Origin: Leidyana gryllorum EB-2025a
Taxonomy: Eukaryota > Protista > Apicomplexa
DNA: 64,000 nt
Reading direction: 5' to 3'
Assembly: GCA_048772705.1 (NCBI GenBank)
Contig: JBLWGC010000043.1
Location: 1 to 64,000 of the forward strand
Each line of letters starts with the position of its first letter. Position 1 is the first letter of the stretch. This document shows positions 63,359-64,000 of this stretch, piece after piece. The notes beneath the pieces were generated by a model. It searched no databases, was not told the DNA's origin, and worked only from the letters and a program-made list of their open reading frames with translations. The position numbers and the translations under genes were made by a program.

Positions 63359-63431
63359 TACAGCCACCGAGGGTCGAATTCGGGACCTTCTGCGTGTAAA
63401 GCAGACGTCGTAACCACTAGACCATGGCTGC
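63359..63431 (-). tRNA. tRNA-Val(TAC) variant
   Basis: G53A. Confidence 0.72.
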
Positions 63432-63757
63432 GTGGATGGTCCCCGCAGCCCAAGAGAAGTGGCGAAGCTTCAGGGAGTAGTGAGGACCAGTTCAAGGGTC
63501 GGGCCGGGATCGAACCCAGATCGGGAAATCCAAAGTGTCCAGTGCTAACCACCAAGGACGCAGTCGGTTCAGCCCATCCCAGAACTGTCGGACTAGCGCT
63601 CCCTCAACTGGAACTCATGCAACACGGGTCTCTCTACTAACCTCTGAAGTATTGTAACTGGCTTTTGTATACAGCCCCCAGCGTAAAGAGTTGGATTCGA
63701 GTCGACCAAAATCCTCAGTTCAATCATTGAAGCAGATGCGCTCTCCCCGAATGCTAC

Positions 63758-63839
63758 CGACAAGGATGAGATTCGAACTCACGCGGGTAGAACCCAACGG
63801 CTTAGCAGGCCGCCGCCTTAACCACTCGGCCACCTTGCC
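63758..63839 (-). tRNA. tRNA-Ser(GCT)
   Basis: Full cloverleaf, one wobble. Confidence 0.85.
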
Positions 63840-63947
63840 GACGACATGTCTTACTCGCTGGCACTTTTTCACAACGGTTTGGGGGAGGTTCTGAGATCGA
63901 AGACTTCTTTCACCCCACGAGTATCGAGATGACCGAAGCCTCTCCAT

Positions 63948-64000
63948 GGTGCGGTGGCCTACTGGATAGGGCATCGGTCTTCGGAACCGGGAGTTGTGGG
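63948..64000 (+). tRNA. tRNA-Arg(TCG), cut by window end
   Basis: 5' two-thirds of Arg-TCG family. Confidence 0.75.

Larger units (their letters stand above)
1..64000. other. Eukaryotic tRNA gene/pseudogene mega-cluster (recombinational mosaic)
   Basis: Continuous succession of cloverleafs with A/B boxes on both strands, joined by recurrent spacers; runs off both window ends. Confidence 0.97.

Noticed and set aside
227-63974. All ORFs in the six-frame track (up to 213 aa)
   Set aside because: They overlap tRNA genes in all frames; recurring peptides such as GIEP, GSIP, GFEP and VRFP are translations of the T-arm; no recognisable domain and frames break between copies.
1-64000. CRISPR array or integron-like cassette array
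   Set aside because: Repeats are full tRNA cloverleafs of many types in both orientations, spacers recur, and no cas or integrase gene is present.
1-64000. Bacterial, phage or organellar tRNA array
   Set aside because: A34 anticodons in eight boxes, eukaryotic iMet, Ala, Tyr and Pro signatures, no encoded CCA or His G-1, mixed strands.
1-64000. tRNA-derived SINE family
   Set aside because: No common tail, poly(A) or target-site duplications; all isotypes present and many are perfect.
1-64000. Whole mosaic as a pure assembly artefact
   Set aside because: Duplicated blocks carry private substitutions and graded divergence, which collapse artefacts would not give; individual junctions still need long-read confirmation.

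Overview
The whole 64 kb is a dense, bidirectional array of eukaryotic nuclear-type tRNA genes and tRNA pseudogenes. By manual reading there are about 200 full-length or near full-length copies plus many decayed fragments, roughly one tRNA-derived element every 200-300 bp. No credible protein-coding gene is present: the ORF track is tRNA sequence read in six frames. All 20 amino acids and 45 of the usual 46 eukaryotic anticodon types are represented; Ile-TAT and Sec were not seen, and Lys-TTT and Gln-TTG occur only as damaged copies. Eukaryotic hallmarks: A34 anticodons in all eight ADAT2/3 boxes, initiator Met with A1:U72 and a GATCGAAA T-loop, Ala with A54, Tyr with C1:G72 and a 37/38 intron, no encoded CCA, no encoded His G-1. 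The array is not a tandem repeat. It is a mosaic in which a limited set of spacers is joined at tRNA genes, with multi-kb direct and inverted duplications, a deletion that maps inside a tRNA gene, chimeric tRNAs and anticodon swaps. Notable details are a 7-nt Tyr intron, three independent CUA (amber) anticodons, a near-intact Ser(AAA), and missing oligo-T terminators after most genes. The organism cannot be fixed from the sequence; the tRNA bodies do not match the plant or animal consensus as I recall them, so a protist is suspected (inference). Coordinates were counted by hand and may be off by 1-2 nt; repeat boundaries are approximate and the list of decayed copies is not exhaustive.
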